Origin: Tubulanus polymorphus
Lineage: Eukaryota; Animalia; Nemertea
DNA: 64,000 nucleotides
Reading direction: 5' to 3'
NCBI RefSeq assembly: GCF_964204645.1
Contig: NC_134027.1
Coordinates: 6,480,485 to 6,544,484 of the forward strand
Within the stretch, counting starts at the first letter, position 1, and each line of letters begins with the position of its first letter. The notes under the pieces were generated by a model that saw nothing but the letters and a program-made list of their open reading frames with translations, ran no database searches and was not told the DNA's origin. This document shows positions 40,265-52,162 of this stretch, one piece after another. Made by a program: the position numbers and the translations under genes.

Positions 40265-41516
40265 GGTCCGACACAACTAGGTGAAAACTGTAGGGAGAAA
40301 CGAAGTGATGCAGCGCTATCTTTATTTTGAATGTACTGAAATATTAACTTTTATGCACTGACCCTACACGTATATACGTCCATACCCTACATAAAATGAG
40401 AGGGTGTGACGCATGTAAGCTACATTTGAATAGGATTATCCAACCGTCAGCTGTTATTTTGGCTTCGTTATTGTGGGATTTCTATCGTTATGCTGCAATT
40501 TGTATGAATACTACTGGCCACTGTACTGTATATTAATTAACATGCTAAGTTAGGTGTTTTATCTATTGATCATTACCATAATCCCACAGAGACTTGACAC
40601 AAGGATTTTGACCACAGTATCCTAGGTACTATAGTACCTAGGATACTGTGCTCAAAACACTTTTGTGTCAAGTCCCTGTGCCATAATCCATGAACAGATA
40701 CTTTCATTTGGCTTTCAGAAACTCTGCCGCGATCGATTGCGGCTTAAATCAAGGTTTAACATACATTATAATCTATTTACAAATACAAACTAATTCTAAA
40801 TAGAAATGAGTCTTCGTTAACCTCAAGATATCTTTCTAATTCGTCATTTTCGGTTTTTTTCTAAAATGAATACCGGTATATTGCTGAATATTTTTGATTT
40901 TATAGAAGCTTTCTATATGCTTGTCACGAAGTATTTGTTGTTGTTGCCTGGAAAATTATGGCATGTGATTTTGCGGTTGGTTCGACCAATGTTTCTACGA
41001 ATAGTGCTGTTGTAAAACAGCAGAGAGACAAATTTCCTCCTTCTAATTAAAACAAAATAACACGATGTCCTTTCATAAACATTTCTATTAATATATATAA
41101 ATCATTTAAGCTAAAGCTAAAAATCAACCTTTTATCTTCATTTAAAGTTTACCTGGTACATAACAAGTATAAATAGTTAAAGATCGCGCGGTTATATGAA
41201 ATATTATATTAAATTTAACAGCACTCTTGCAAAAAACGTACTCTATTAGAGAATAATTGTTTAATCACAGACATGTTTTCTAATTTTTTTTGTAGCTTAT
41301 ATAATGAGACATAAGCTGAACACATTTCAGACAAGTAAATTATCATTTAATCGAAAACCAAAATATTTCATTTTAATTTTTGGAATTTGCAAGTCCACCC
41401 GCCAACCTGGCATTTCCATTAAAAGAAGTGTTTATCCATCAATGAGTATGAAATGCGCATTAACGTAAAAATCTGACAGACATCCCCGAATATGAGACTG
41501 TGATCTCGATTACAAA

Positions 41517-41761
41517 TCAGACTTCACTAGGTAATGGACATCCACATAATGCTGCTTCCATATTTCTAATAACAAGATCCTGCATTCGTTCTCGAGTTTG
41601 TACAGTATATGTACCGATATGAGGCACAACAATTACGTTTGGCAGTTTACAAAGTTTATGTCCTTTTGGCAGCGGTTCTGGCTCGGTAACATCTAATGCG
41701 GCACCACGAATTTTGTTACTACTTAAAGCTTCGTACAACGCTCCATGGTCTATAACACCAC
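41517..41761 (-). pseudogene. Orphan copy of gene B terminal exon (unit 2)
   Basis: Copy of 33180-33424 offset by 8337. Confidence 0.85.
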
Positions 41762-44112
41762 CTAGGAAAAATAGGAGAAATCTTACAGATTAGGCCTGGC
41801 GCTAAGGAAAAAAAACAATTCTTTCAATACAGCGTTGGCAGTTTATTAGGGTTTTCTGTTTCTTCACAGAAAACCCTATTGAAATTCGCGTGATTATTAT
41901 TAGGGTTTTCTGTTACATCACAGAAAACCCTATTGAGATTCGCGTGTTTCTTATCATTATTATTATTATTTTTTTTTTTCCACACATTTTTTGTCAAAAG
42001 TACATAGGCTTTTTTACATTACCGCTGTTGCCGATACAATCCGTCTGATATCATTCAGCTCAGTTCGATCTACAAATACTCCGTGCGAATTTTGAAGAAT
42101 CAACGTTAGAAAAAGCACTGTCGGGCCGTAAACATCGAAAATTGAGCCCCATTCAAAGAGCCGACATGTTTTTCTAAGTCGTCTTTCCGAAATCTACCGC
42201 ACATTTCTTGTCACATCGATTATCAATTCAAGCATAAATTAACAAATTTATTACCCAAAGATTGCACATTCTGTCGCGGTTTTTAAAAACTGATTTTAAC
42301 AATAACCCATTTTCCTCATCAAATTATAATACCAATACACAGGAAATTTACTACTTTAGATTTTAAAAGCACTGTCGAGCCGTAAACATCGACAAATCGA
42401 CGTGTGTCACTACATCGTCGTTCCGGGAATCAGCTGCGAGTTTCTCCTCATTCTGAGAATCAAATCGAGTACAAATTAATTTATTACTACCAGTGATTTG
42501 GCTGCGGGCGTCAAGCAGTTAATTTAGCAATACCTATTTTTCTTTACCAAATTTACCGTGTTTTTACTAAGATAAATCATAAGTGTACCGGGGAGTCGTA
42601 GGCCTAAACTAAACACGCCGAAGAGATTATAGCGGAGAAAAGCTGTTATGTCGACGAGGTATCAAAATTAAAGAATATATTACTTTATTCGGCCGCGGGC
42701 CTCCATATCAATACCATCAATACTCTATATTTCCTACAGTACATACCGATCATTGTCAAATCCACAAGGTATTTACTAAATACAAGTATAAAACACACTC
42801 CTATCCGTATGCTGGACTCACACTTGACATTCGGAGTAAGCGTTCGCTGTGGGGGAAAGGAGATCGTTTCGCTGTGTCGCTTGAAGTGTTTATCGAGTTT
42901 TACGCGACCTTAAAGCTTTAGTATGGTGGCTGATAAGATAACAAAACACGCATATGCAAATGAGGGTGACATTACGACAAAACGACAAAACTAAAATAAC
43001 GCAAGAAAACAATGATTTTGATTTTGTCGCCCGCGACAATTCATTATTTTGGTTTTATCGCCCACGACAATTCATTACTTTGGTTTTATCGCCAGCGACA
43101 ATGCATTATTTTGGTTTTGTCGCCCGCGTCAATTCTTCTTTTTGGTTTTGTCGCCCGCGACAATTCATTATTTTGGTTTTATATTTTGTTTTTGTCGCCC
43201 GCGACAATTTTATTTTTTGGTTTTGTCGCCCGCGACAATTCAATATTTTGGTTTTATTGCCTGCGACAATTCAATATTTTGGTTTTATCGCCCGCGATAA
43301 TTCATTATTTTGGTTTTGTCGCCTGAGAAAATTCATTATTTTGGTTTTATCGCCCGCGACAATTCATTATTACGGTTTTATCGCCCGCGACAATTCATTA
43401 TTTTGGTTTTGTCGCCCGCGATAATTCATTATTTTGGTTTTGTCGCCTGAGAAAATTCATTATTTTGGTTTTATCGCCCGCGACAATTCATTATTACGGT
43501 TTTATCGCCCGCGACAATTCATTATTTTGGTTTTGTCGCCCGCGACAATTCACCATTTTGGTTTTGTCGCCCGCGACAATTCACCATTTTGGTTTTGTCG
43601 CCCGCGACAATTCATTATTTTGGTTTTATCGCCCGCGACAATTCATTATTTTGGTTTTATCGCCAGCGTCAATTCATTATTTTGGTTTTGTCGCCCGACA
43701 ATTCTTTTTTTGGTTTTGTCGCCCGCGACAATTCATTAGTTTGGTTTTGTCACCCGCGACAATTCAATATTTTGGTTTTGTCGCCCGCGACAATTCATTA
43801 TTACGGTTTTATCGCCCGCGACAATTCATTATTTTGGTTTTGTCGCCCGCGACAATTCACCATTTTGGTTTTGTCGCCCGCGACAATTCACCATTTTGGT
43901 TTTGTCGCCCGCGACAATTCATTATTTTGGTTTTATCGCCAGCGACAATTCATTATTTTGGTTTTGTCGCCCGACAATTCTTTTTTTGGTTTTGGCGCCC
44001 GCGACAATTCATTAGTTTGGTTTTGTCGCCCGCGACAATTCAATATTTTGGTTTTGTCGCCCGCGACAATTCAATATTTTGGTTTTGTCGCCCGCGACAA
44101 TTCATTATTTTG

Positions 44113-47100
44113 GGGCGACATCATGGGTTCTGACAATTTACAGACATTAGAGGTTCACCAAATGGAGGGTTCACCATTGACTCTTGTCCCAATCACATTG
44201 CCTACCGGTCCAGCATACGTTCCAGCCAGTCAGGTTTATTCGGTTACATCAGATTACACAACTGAAGATGTCGATCCTGTTCTACAAGGTCGACAAAATA
44301 TGATCGAAGCTTCAGCTGATATTCTGAAAGAAGCTGAACAACAGCAATAATTCGTTGCGGGTTTCAAACGTTTTCTAGAATAAATCTCTTTCTACAGTAG
44401 TGGTAGAACTCGGTTAAGTCATCACCAGATTGGTTGTCACATTGCTTAAGTTGTCCCTAATGTTTGAATCTCAATTTGTATTAAAATTCAATTTATTTAG
44501 TGTAAGTTGTCATTTGGATAATCTTTGGACATGAAAAATGATCATCCCAGCTATGATGACCTAATTACTGCATTCAACGTGTATAAATGAATGCTACACA
44601 GTGGAACCTCATTATAATGACTGTGGCTATAACAATTTATCGGTTATTAGAAGCCAACAATTTTGTAATGGATACAGCATAAACTATCAGTTATAACAAA
44701 CATATTTTCTGGTCCCATGAATTTTGCTGTAATTAGGTTCTATTGTAAGGGAGCATCTCAAAATTTCGATAGTATCCTCAATTAGAATGACTGTCTAATT
44801 GATTTTAACCCCCACCTCCCTTTGATTAGACACATGCCAAAGTTGGAACTATTGATTTTCAAATGAGAGACCACAGGCAAAGATAAGACATTCTCACGAG
44901 CGTATTTCGATCCCAACTTTTAATTGAAAAATAGATAAGCAAAATTACAAGTGGAAAACATATATATTAAACTCTTAATAGACTTTATTAACAAAATCAA
45001 ATATATCTGAAATACCAACAGCATCTAAAAGAGAGACGGTTAAATCTACTGCTTGTAATATATATATATATATATATATTTCAAACTGCAATTCAATGTT
45101 ATCTTGCACCGCATTAAATCAATAGTTCGGCAGTCGTGATGAATCCGCAGGAGGCCTCCACCCCCTTCCGCGAGTTATTCTAATTGAAGTAACTATCGAA
45201 ATTTTCAGATGCTCCCTAAAGTAATCTATGTTAGATTATCGAATTTATGGTAAACTATGGTTATTATTAATTCATATTATATAGTAGTACTGCATAATTT
45301 TTGCAGTAGGCTTGGGATTTTCATAAAATTAACATGTTTTGACAGATTTATTATTGATATTCCTCTAATCTAAGTAATATGACGCAGCAGGCTCATCAGG
45401 TGGAGTCATCTGTACACCTAATGTAGCATACTCCTAACTCGGGTTTCCTTTTTGGAGAAACAAACTCTGTACCTCCCAGGTTTACTACACCAGTCTCGCT
45501 CCAAACTCAACAATTTTAACTTTGAACTCTCTGGCATCTAGTAAGGAGAAGGCCTCGGGCTGAAAATCCTATTATAGACGACACATCTAACGTTTGTTGT
45601 ATTTTTTTTAAAAATGTATGTACATGTGCAAATGGAGCCAATAATTTGCATAACAGACTAATAATAATTATTGAATAATGTGATCATAATACATGTACTG
45701 TAGAACCTCATTGATACAGGCTTGGTGGGCATAGAAAAATGTTGATAAACCGGTTTTGTATTACCATTTGTGAATGTGGATTAATATATAAGTTACGTAT
45801 ATATGAATGCAGTGTTAATATTGTTTCAACATGGTAAAGTGATGCTTTAAGAATCAAGGGGCCAGTTGCACAATCATGGCTTGAATTTCAGAATTCGAAA
45901 TATATCGCCAATCTCACGACTCAAGACCAGTCTTGAAAAAAATTGAAGGCCACTTTTGGACAACTGAACAACTTGGCCCCGTTTTATATTGGCCCTAATA
46001 TGAGACCTGTATCACTAAAATCATTAGGCTAAAAAAAATTGATACCTTGTTTCTCCGCTCTGCTGAGCTTAAATGTTGACCCGGCCGGCTGCCTATCTAC
46101 CCTATACATTACTTTTTTAAAAATCGTGATCAATTTTACCATAACAAACCAGGCCGCTATAGAAATGAACTGTTTACAAATTTTATCATATTTTACTAAA
46201 ATGACCCGGCCGCTGCGGAGAAACAAGGTATCATTTTTGTTTAGCCTTAGTTTCTGAAGATTTTCGAGTAGAATTAAACAACTCTGATGCATAATAAATT
46301 ATTTCACCTGTTAAAATTGAATAATCATTAAAACTAAAAATCAATTTTTTACCAATTACCATTAAAGTTAACATAATGAAAATATTTAAAGATCATGCTG
46401 TTGCAATCATGTGAGAAACTAACTTTGATTAAAACGCACTCATTTGTTATTATTGCCAAAAATCATGCAAAACATTAGAAAACAATTGTTTAAGATATTA
46501 CAGACACCTTTTTTGATATACGTTTATACCGTAAATATATATAGATATATATTACGCGAGCTTATGTATATAATGAGAAATATGATGTACAAATTTCAGA
46601 CAAGTAAATTATTATTTGATCAAAAATCTAAATTTCCAAATTCAATTTTATTTACTGTTATTTGCTCTTCACTTCTATGTTGACTAGGCATTTCGATTTG
46701 GAGAAGTTTTCATCCACCAATGTATCGGTAATGTGACAATTTTGACTCTCAACTTCACTGAGAATGGATAATGAATATTTCTGATTTCAATTAAATACAG
46801 TATTAGATTAAGACTTCACTAGGTAACGGCTGTCCAGACAATGCCGCTTCCAGATTTTTAATAACAAGATCCTGCATTCTTTTCCGAGTTTGTACTGTAT
46901 GTATACCCATATGAGGCACAACAATTAAGTTTGGCAGCTTACGAAGCTTGTGTCCTTTTGGCAGCGGTTCTGGTTCGGTTACATCTAATGCGGCACCACG
47001 AATTTGGTTACTAGTTAAAGCTTCGTACAACGCGTCATGGTTTATAACACCACCTAGGATAACAAGTGGAAATCCTTCCAGTAGGCCTGGGATTTTTTTT

Positions 47101-50100
47101 TCAAAAATACAATGTGCAGGGATGAGATGCATGTGAGAAATGTGAACAGTTCTGAAAAGTACATTTTTATGTGAAATGTGAAAATTTTGGAAACTATGTG
47201 ATATTTTTTCGAAATTCTTGTCATCAAAAAAATTTCTTTTCTAGTTTTTCAGGTTTTATGTATAGTTTGTTTTATCTCTGGGCTCTGCTTTGACCCTAGA
47301 TAGACGATAGTACCTGTACATGTTCATAGTCGAGTATCAGTCAGAAGTACCTTAATTACAGGTCAATATTGTTACATTGTCTTTAACATGTTTAACTAAC
47401 AATTCTCACATAAAATCGCATTAGGTAAATGTCCCTTATGAAAAAGTTAATGCGAGTTTTTGGCATAGAAAAATGTGAAAAATTGTGTTTTTGGTGTGAA
47501 GAAATGTGAAAATTTCAGAATCTTGCATTCGATCCCATCTGAACATGAATATGTTCAATAAAGCGTCAACAGTTTATTCCTGAGATTATCATTCATATAG
47601 TACGCCTACCTCTAGCCACATTGATAACAGTAGCTGTCCGCTTCATAGCTTTAAATTCTGGCTCGCTTATCATGTGTTTTGTCTCTGGTAGCAATGGGCA
47701 AGTAATTATGATAAAATCACACAGTGGAAGCATGTCGTGTAGTTTATCACAATATGTAGCACCAACAGCATTTTCATCTTCAATGCTCCTTGTAAAAGAA
47801 TAATGTATTATATCAGACTTCAGGGTAAAAACGTGAATAAGTTTTTCAACTAAAATAACTGGAGACCCGTATCCAATCAATCACCTTCTTTTTCTGTTGT
47901 GATAATAAATCTTCATTTTACAACTTTTAGCTCGGCAGGCTACCTCGTAACCAATCGAGCCCATGCCAACAATTCCTAATGTTGCGTAACAGACATCAAC
48001 GCCCACTGGAAGTGATGTGCGGTCCAGTGATGAAGTTTTATCCATGGAAATGGTTATCCCTGTAAAAGACCATTGTTGGAAAATGGAACTGCACTTGCAG
48101 TATTGCCATACTAGTGAGTGAATAGACTGTTAGGAAACTTCCTACAGTATGTGCAGATGTGATAATATTCATAGTATTGAAATATTTTCAAGAAGCTTCT
48201 GTGCACCTACCCAGGTATAAGTTTCTGGCTGATGCAAGCATCAATGTCATAGCCATATCAGCAGTAGCATCACTTACAACTCCAGGTGTATTAGCAACTT
48301 TCACACCATGAGAATTGATGAACTTGATGTCGATGTGATTGACGCCCGCTCCAAAATTGGTCAAAACCTTCAGATTAGTATAGAGTAATATATTTTCGTA
48401 AAGCTCGATTGGTTCATCACATTCAGAGGCGGTGACTACTGCAACTATATCTTCACGCTTCACCTCTGATTTCTTTTTGATGATTTCTTCGATACAGACA
48501 ACTTTGAAGTTTTTCCTAAGTTTTTCTCTTAATTCCCGACATCCTGTAAAAATCATCAACACGCACGGCTTGACTTCGCCCGTCCAATTTCTAGTTGACA
48601 TGGTCCGACACAACTAGGTGAAAACTGTAGGGAGAAACGAAGTGATGCAGCGCTATCTTTATTTTGAATGTACTGAAATATTAACTTTTATGCACTGACC
48701 CTACACGTATATACGTCCATACCCTACATAAAATGAGAGGGTGTGACGCATGTAAGCTACATTTGAATAGGATTATCCAACCGTCAGCTGTTATTTTGGC
48801 TTCGTTATTGTGGGATTTCTATCGTTATGCTGCAATTTGTATGAATACTACTGGCCACTGTACTGTATATTAATTAACATGCTAAGTTAGGTGTTTTATC
48901 TATTGATCATTACCATAATCCCACAGAGACTTGACACAAGGATTTTGACCACAGTATCCTAGGTACTATAGTACCTAGGATACTGTGCTCAAAACACTTT
49001 TGTGTCAAGTCCCTGTGCCATAATCCATGAACAGATACTTTCATTTGGCTTTCAGAAACTCTGCCGCGATCGATTGCGGCTTAAATCAAGGTTTAACATA
49101 CATTATAATCTATTTACAAATACAAACTAATTCTAAATAGAAATGAGTCTTCGTTAACCTCAAGATATCTTTCTAATTCGTCATTTTCGGTTTTTTTCTA
49201 AAATGAATACCGGTATATTGCTGAATATTTTTGATTTTATAGAAGCTTTCTATATGCTTGTCACGAAGTATTTGTTGTTGTTGCCTGGAAAATTATGGCA
49301 TGTGATTTTGCGGTTGGTTCGACCAATGTTTCTACGAATAGTGCTGTTGTAAAACAGCAGAGAGACAAATTTCCTCCTTCTAATTAAAACAAAATAACAC
49401 GATGTCCTTTCATAAACATTTCTATTAATATATATAAATCATTTAAGCTAAAGCTAAAAATCAACCTTTTATCTTCATTTAAAGTTTACCTGGTACATAA
49501 CAAGTATAAATAGTTAAAGATCGCGCGGTTATATGAAATATTATATTAAATTTAACAGCACTCTTGCAAAAAACGTACTCTATTAGAGAATAATTGTTTA
49601 ATCACAGACATGTTTTCTAATTTTTTTTGTAGCTTATATAATGAGACATAAGCTGAACACATTTCAGACAAGTAAATTATCATTTAATCGAAAACCAAAA
49701 TATTTCATTTTAATTTTTGGAATTTGCAAGTCCACCCGCCAACCTGGCATTTCCATTAAAAGAAGTGTTTATCCATCAATGAGTATGAAATGCGCATTAA
49801 CGTAAAAATCTGACAGACATCCCCGAAAATGAGACTGTGATCTCGATTACAAATCAGACTTCACTAGGTAATGGACATCCACATAATGCTGCTTCCATAT
49901 TTCTAATAACAAGATCCTGCATTCGTTCTCGAGTTTGTACAGTATATGTACCGATATGAGGCACAACAATTACGTTTGGCAGTTTACAAAGTTTATGTCC
50001 TTTTGGCAGCGGTTCTGGCTCGGTAACATCTAATGCGGCACCACGAATTTTGTTACTACTTAAAGCTTCGTACAACGCTCCATGGTCTATAACACCACCT

Positions 50101-52162
50101 AGGAAAAATAGGAGAAATCTTACAGATTAGGCCTGGCGCTAAGGAAAAAAAACAATTCTTTCAATACAGCGTTGGCAGTTTATTAGGGTTTTCTGTTTCT
50201 TCACAGAAAACCCTATTGAAATTCGCGTGATTATTATTAGGGTTTTCTGTTACATCACAGAAAACCCTATTGAGATTCGCGTGTTTCTTATCATTATTAT
50301 TATTATTTTTTTTTTTCCACACATTTTTTGTCAAAAGTACATAGGCTTTTTTACATTACCGCTGTTGCCGATACAATCCGTCTGATATCATTCAGCTCAG
50401 TTCGATCTACAAATACTCCGTGCGAATTTTGAAGAATCAACGTTAGAAAAAGCACTGTCGGGCCGTAAACATCGAAAATTGAGCCCCATTCAAAGAGCCG
50501 ACATGTTTTTCTAAGTCGTCTTTCCGAAATCTACCGCACATTTCTTGTCACATCGATTATCAATTCAAGCATAAATTAACAAATTTATTACCCAAAGATT
50601 GCACATTCTGTCGCGGTTTTTAAAAACTGATTTTAACAATAACCCATTTTCCTCATCAAATTATAATACCAATACACAGGAAATTTACTACTTTAGATTT
50701 TAAAAGCACTGTCGAGCCGTAAACATCGACAAATCGACGTGTGTCACTACATCGTCGTTCCGGGAATCAGCTGCGAGTTTCTCCTCATTCTGAGAATCAA
50801 ATCGAGTACAAATTAATTTATTACTACCAGTGATTTGGCTGCGGGCGTCAAGCAGTTAATTTAGCAATACCTATTTTTCTTTACCAAATTTACCGTGTTT
50901 TTTGCTAAGATAAATCATAAGTGTACCGGGGAGTCGTAGGCCTAAACTAAACACGCCGAAGAGATTATAGCGGAGAAAAGCTGTTATGTCGACGAGGTAT
51001 CAAAATTAAAGAATATATTACTTTATTCGGCCGCGGGCCTCCATATCAATACTCTATATTTCCTACAGTACATACCGATCATTGTCAAATCCACAAGGTA
51101 TTTACTAAATACAAGTATAAAACACACTCCTATCCGTATGCTGGACTCACACTTGACATTCGGAGTAAGCGTTCGCTGTGGGGGAAAGGAGATCGTTTCG
51201 CTGTGTCGCTTGAAGTGTTTATCGAGTTTTACGCGACCTTAAAGCTTTAGTATGGTGGCTGATAAGATAACAAAACACGCATATGCAAATGAGGGTGACA
51301 TTACGACAAAACGACAAAACTAAAATAACGCGAGAAAACAATGATTTTGATTTTGTCGCCCGCGACAATTCATTATTTTGGTTTTATCGCCCACGACAAT
51401 TCATTACTTTGGTTTTATCGCCAGCGACAATGCATTATTTTGGTTTTGTCGCCCGCGTCAATTCTTCTTTTTGGTTTTGTCGCCCGCGACAATTCATTAT
51501 TTTGGTTTTATATTTTGTTTTTGTCGCCCGCGACAATTTTCTTTTTTGGTTTTGTCGCCCGCGACAATTCAATATTTTGGTTTTATTGCCTGCGACAATT
51601 CAATATTTTGGTTTTATCGCCCGCGATAATTCATTATTTTGGTTTTGTCGCCTGAGAAAATTCATTATTTTGGTTTTATCGCCCGCGACAATTCATTATT
51701 ACGGTTGTGTCGCCCGCGACAATTCATTATTTTGGTTTTGTCGCCCGACAATTCTTTTTTTGGTTTTGTCGCCCGCGACAATTCATTAGTTTGGTTTTGT
51801 CGCCCGCGACAATTCAATATTTTGGTTTTGTCGCCCGCGACAATTCATTATTACGGTTTTATCGCCCGCGACAATTCATTATTTTGGTTTTGTCGCCCGC
51901 GACAATTCACCATTTTGGTTTTGTCGCCCGCGACAATTCATTATTTTGGTTTTATCGCCCGCGACAATTCATTATTTTGGTTTTATCGCCAGCGACAATT
52001 CATTATTTTGGTTTTGTCGCCCGACAATTCTTTTTTTGGTTTTGGCGCCCGCGACAATTCATTAGTTTGGTTTTGTCGCCCGCGAATATTCAATATTTTG
52101 GTTTTGTCGCCCGCGACAATTCAATATTTTGGTTTTGTCGCCCGTGACAATTCATTATTTTG
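44113..52162. repeat. Tandem segmental repeat, unit 3 (~8050 bp; continues into the unduplicated remainder of the locus)
   Basis: Near-identical copy. The end is placed using the variant minisatellite monomer TTTTGGCGCCC, which is the fourth-last monomer before the junction in units 1 and 2. Confidence 0.9.
46803..48601 (-). CDS. D-2-hydroxyacid dehydrogenase gene A copy 3
   Basis: Exons 48601-48211, 48059-47885, 47788-47610, 47053-46803. Apparently identical to copy 2. Confidence 0.88.

Larger units (their letters stand above)
35776..44112. repeat. Tandem segmental repeat, unit 2 (8337 bp)
   Basis: Near-identical copy. Its left part matches unit 3 and its right part matches unit 1 at diagnostic sites. 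Confidence 0.97.
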
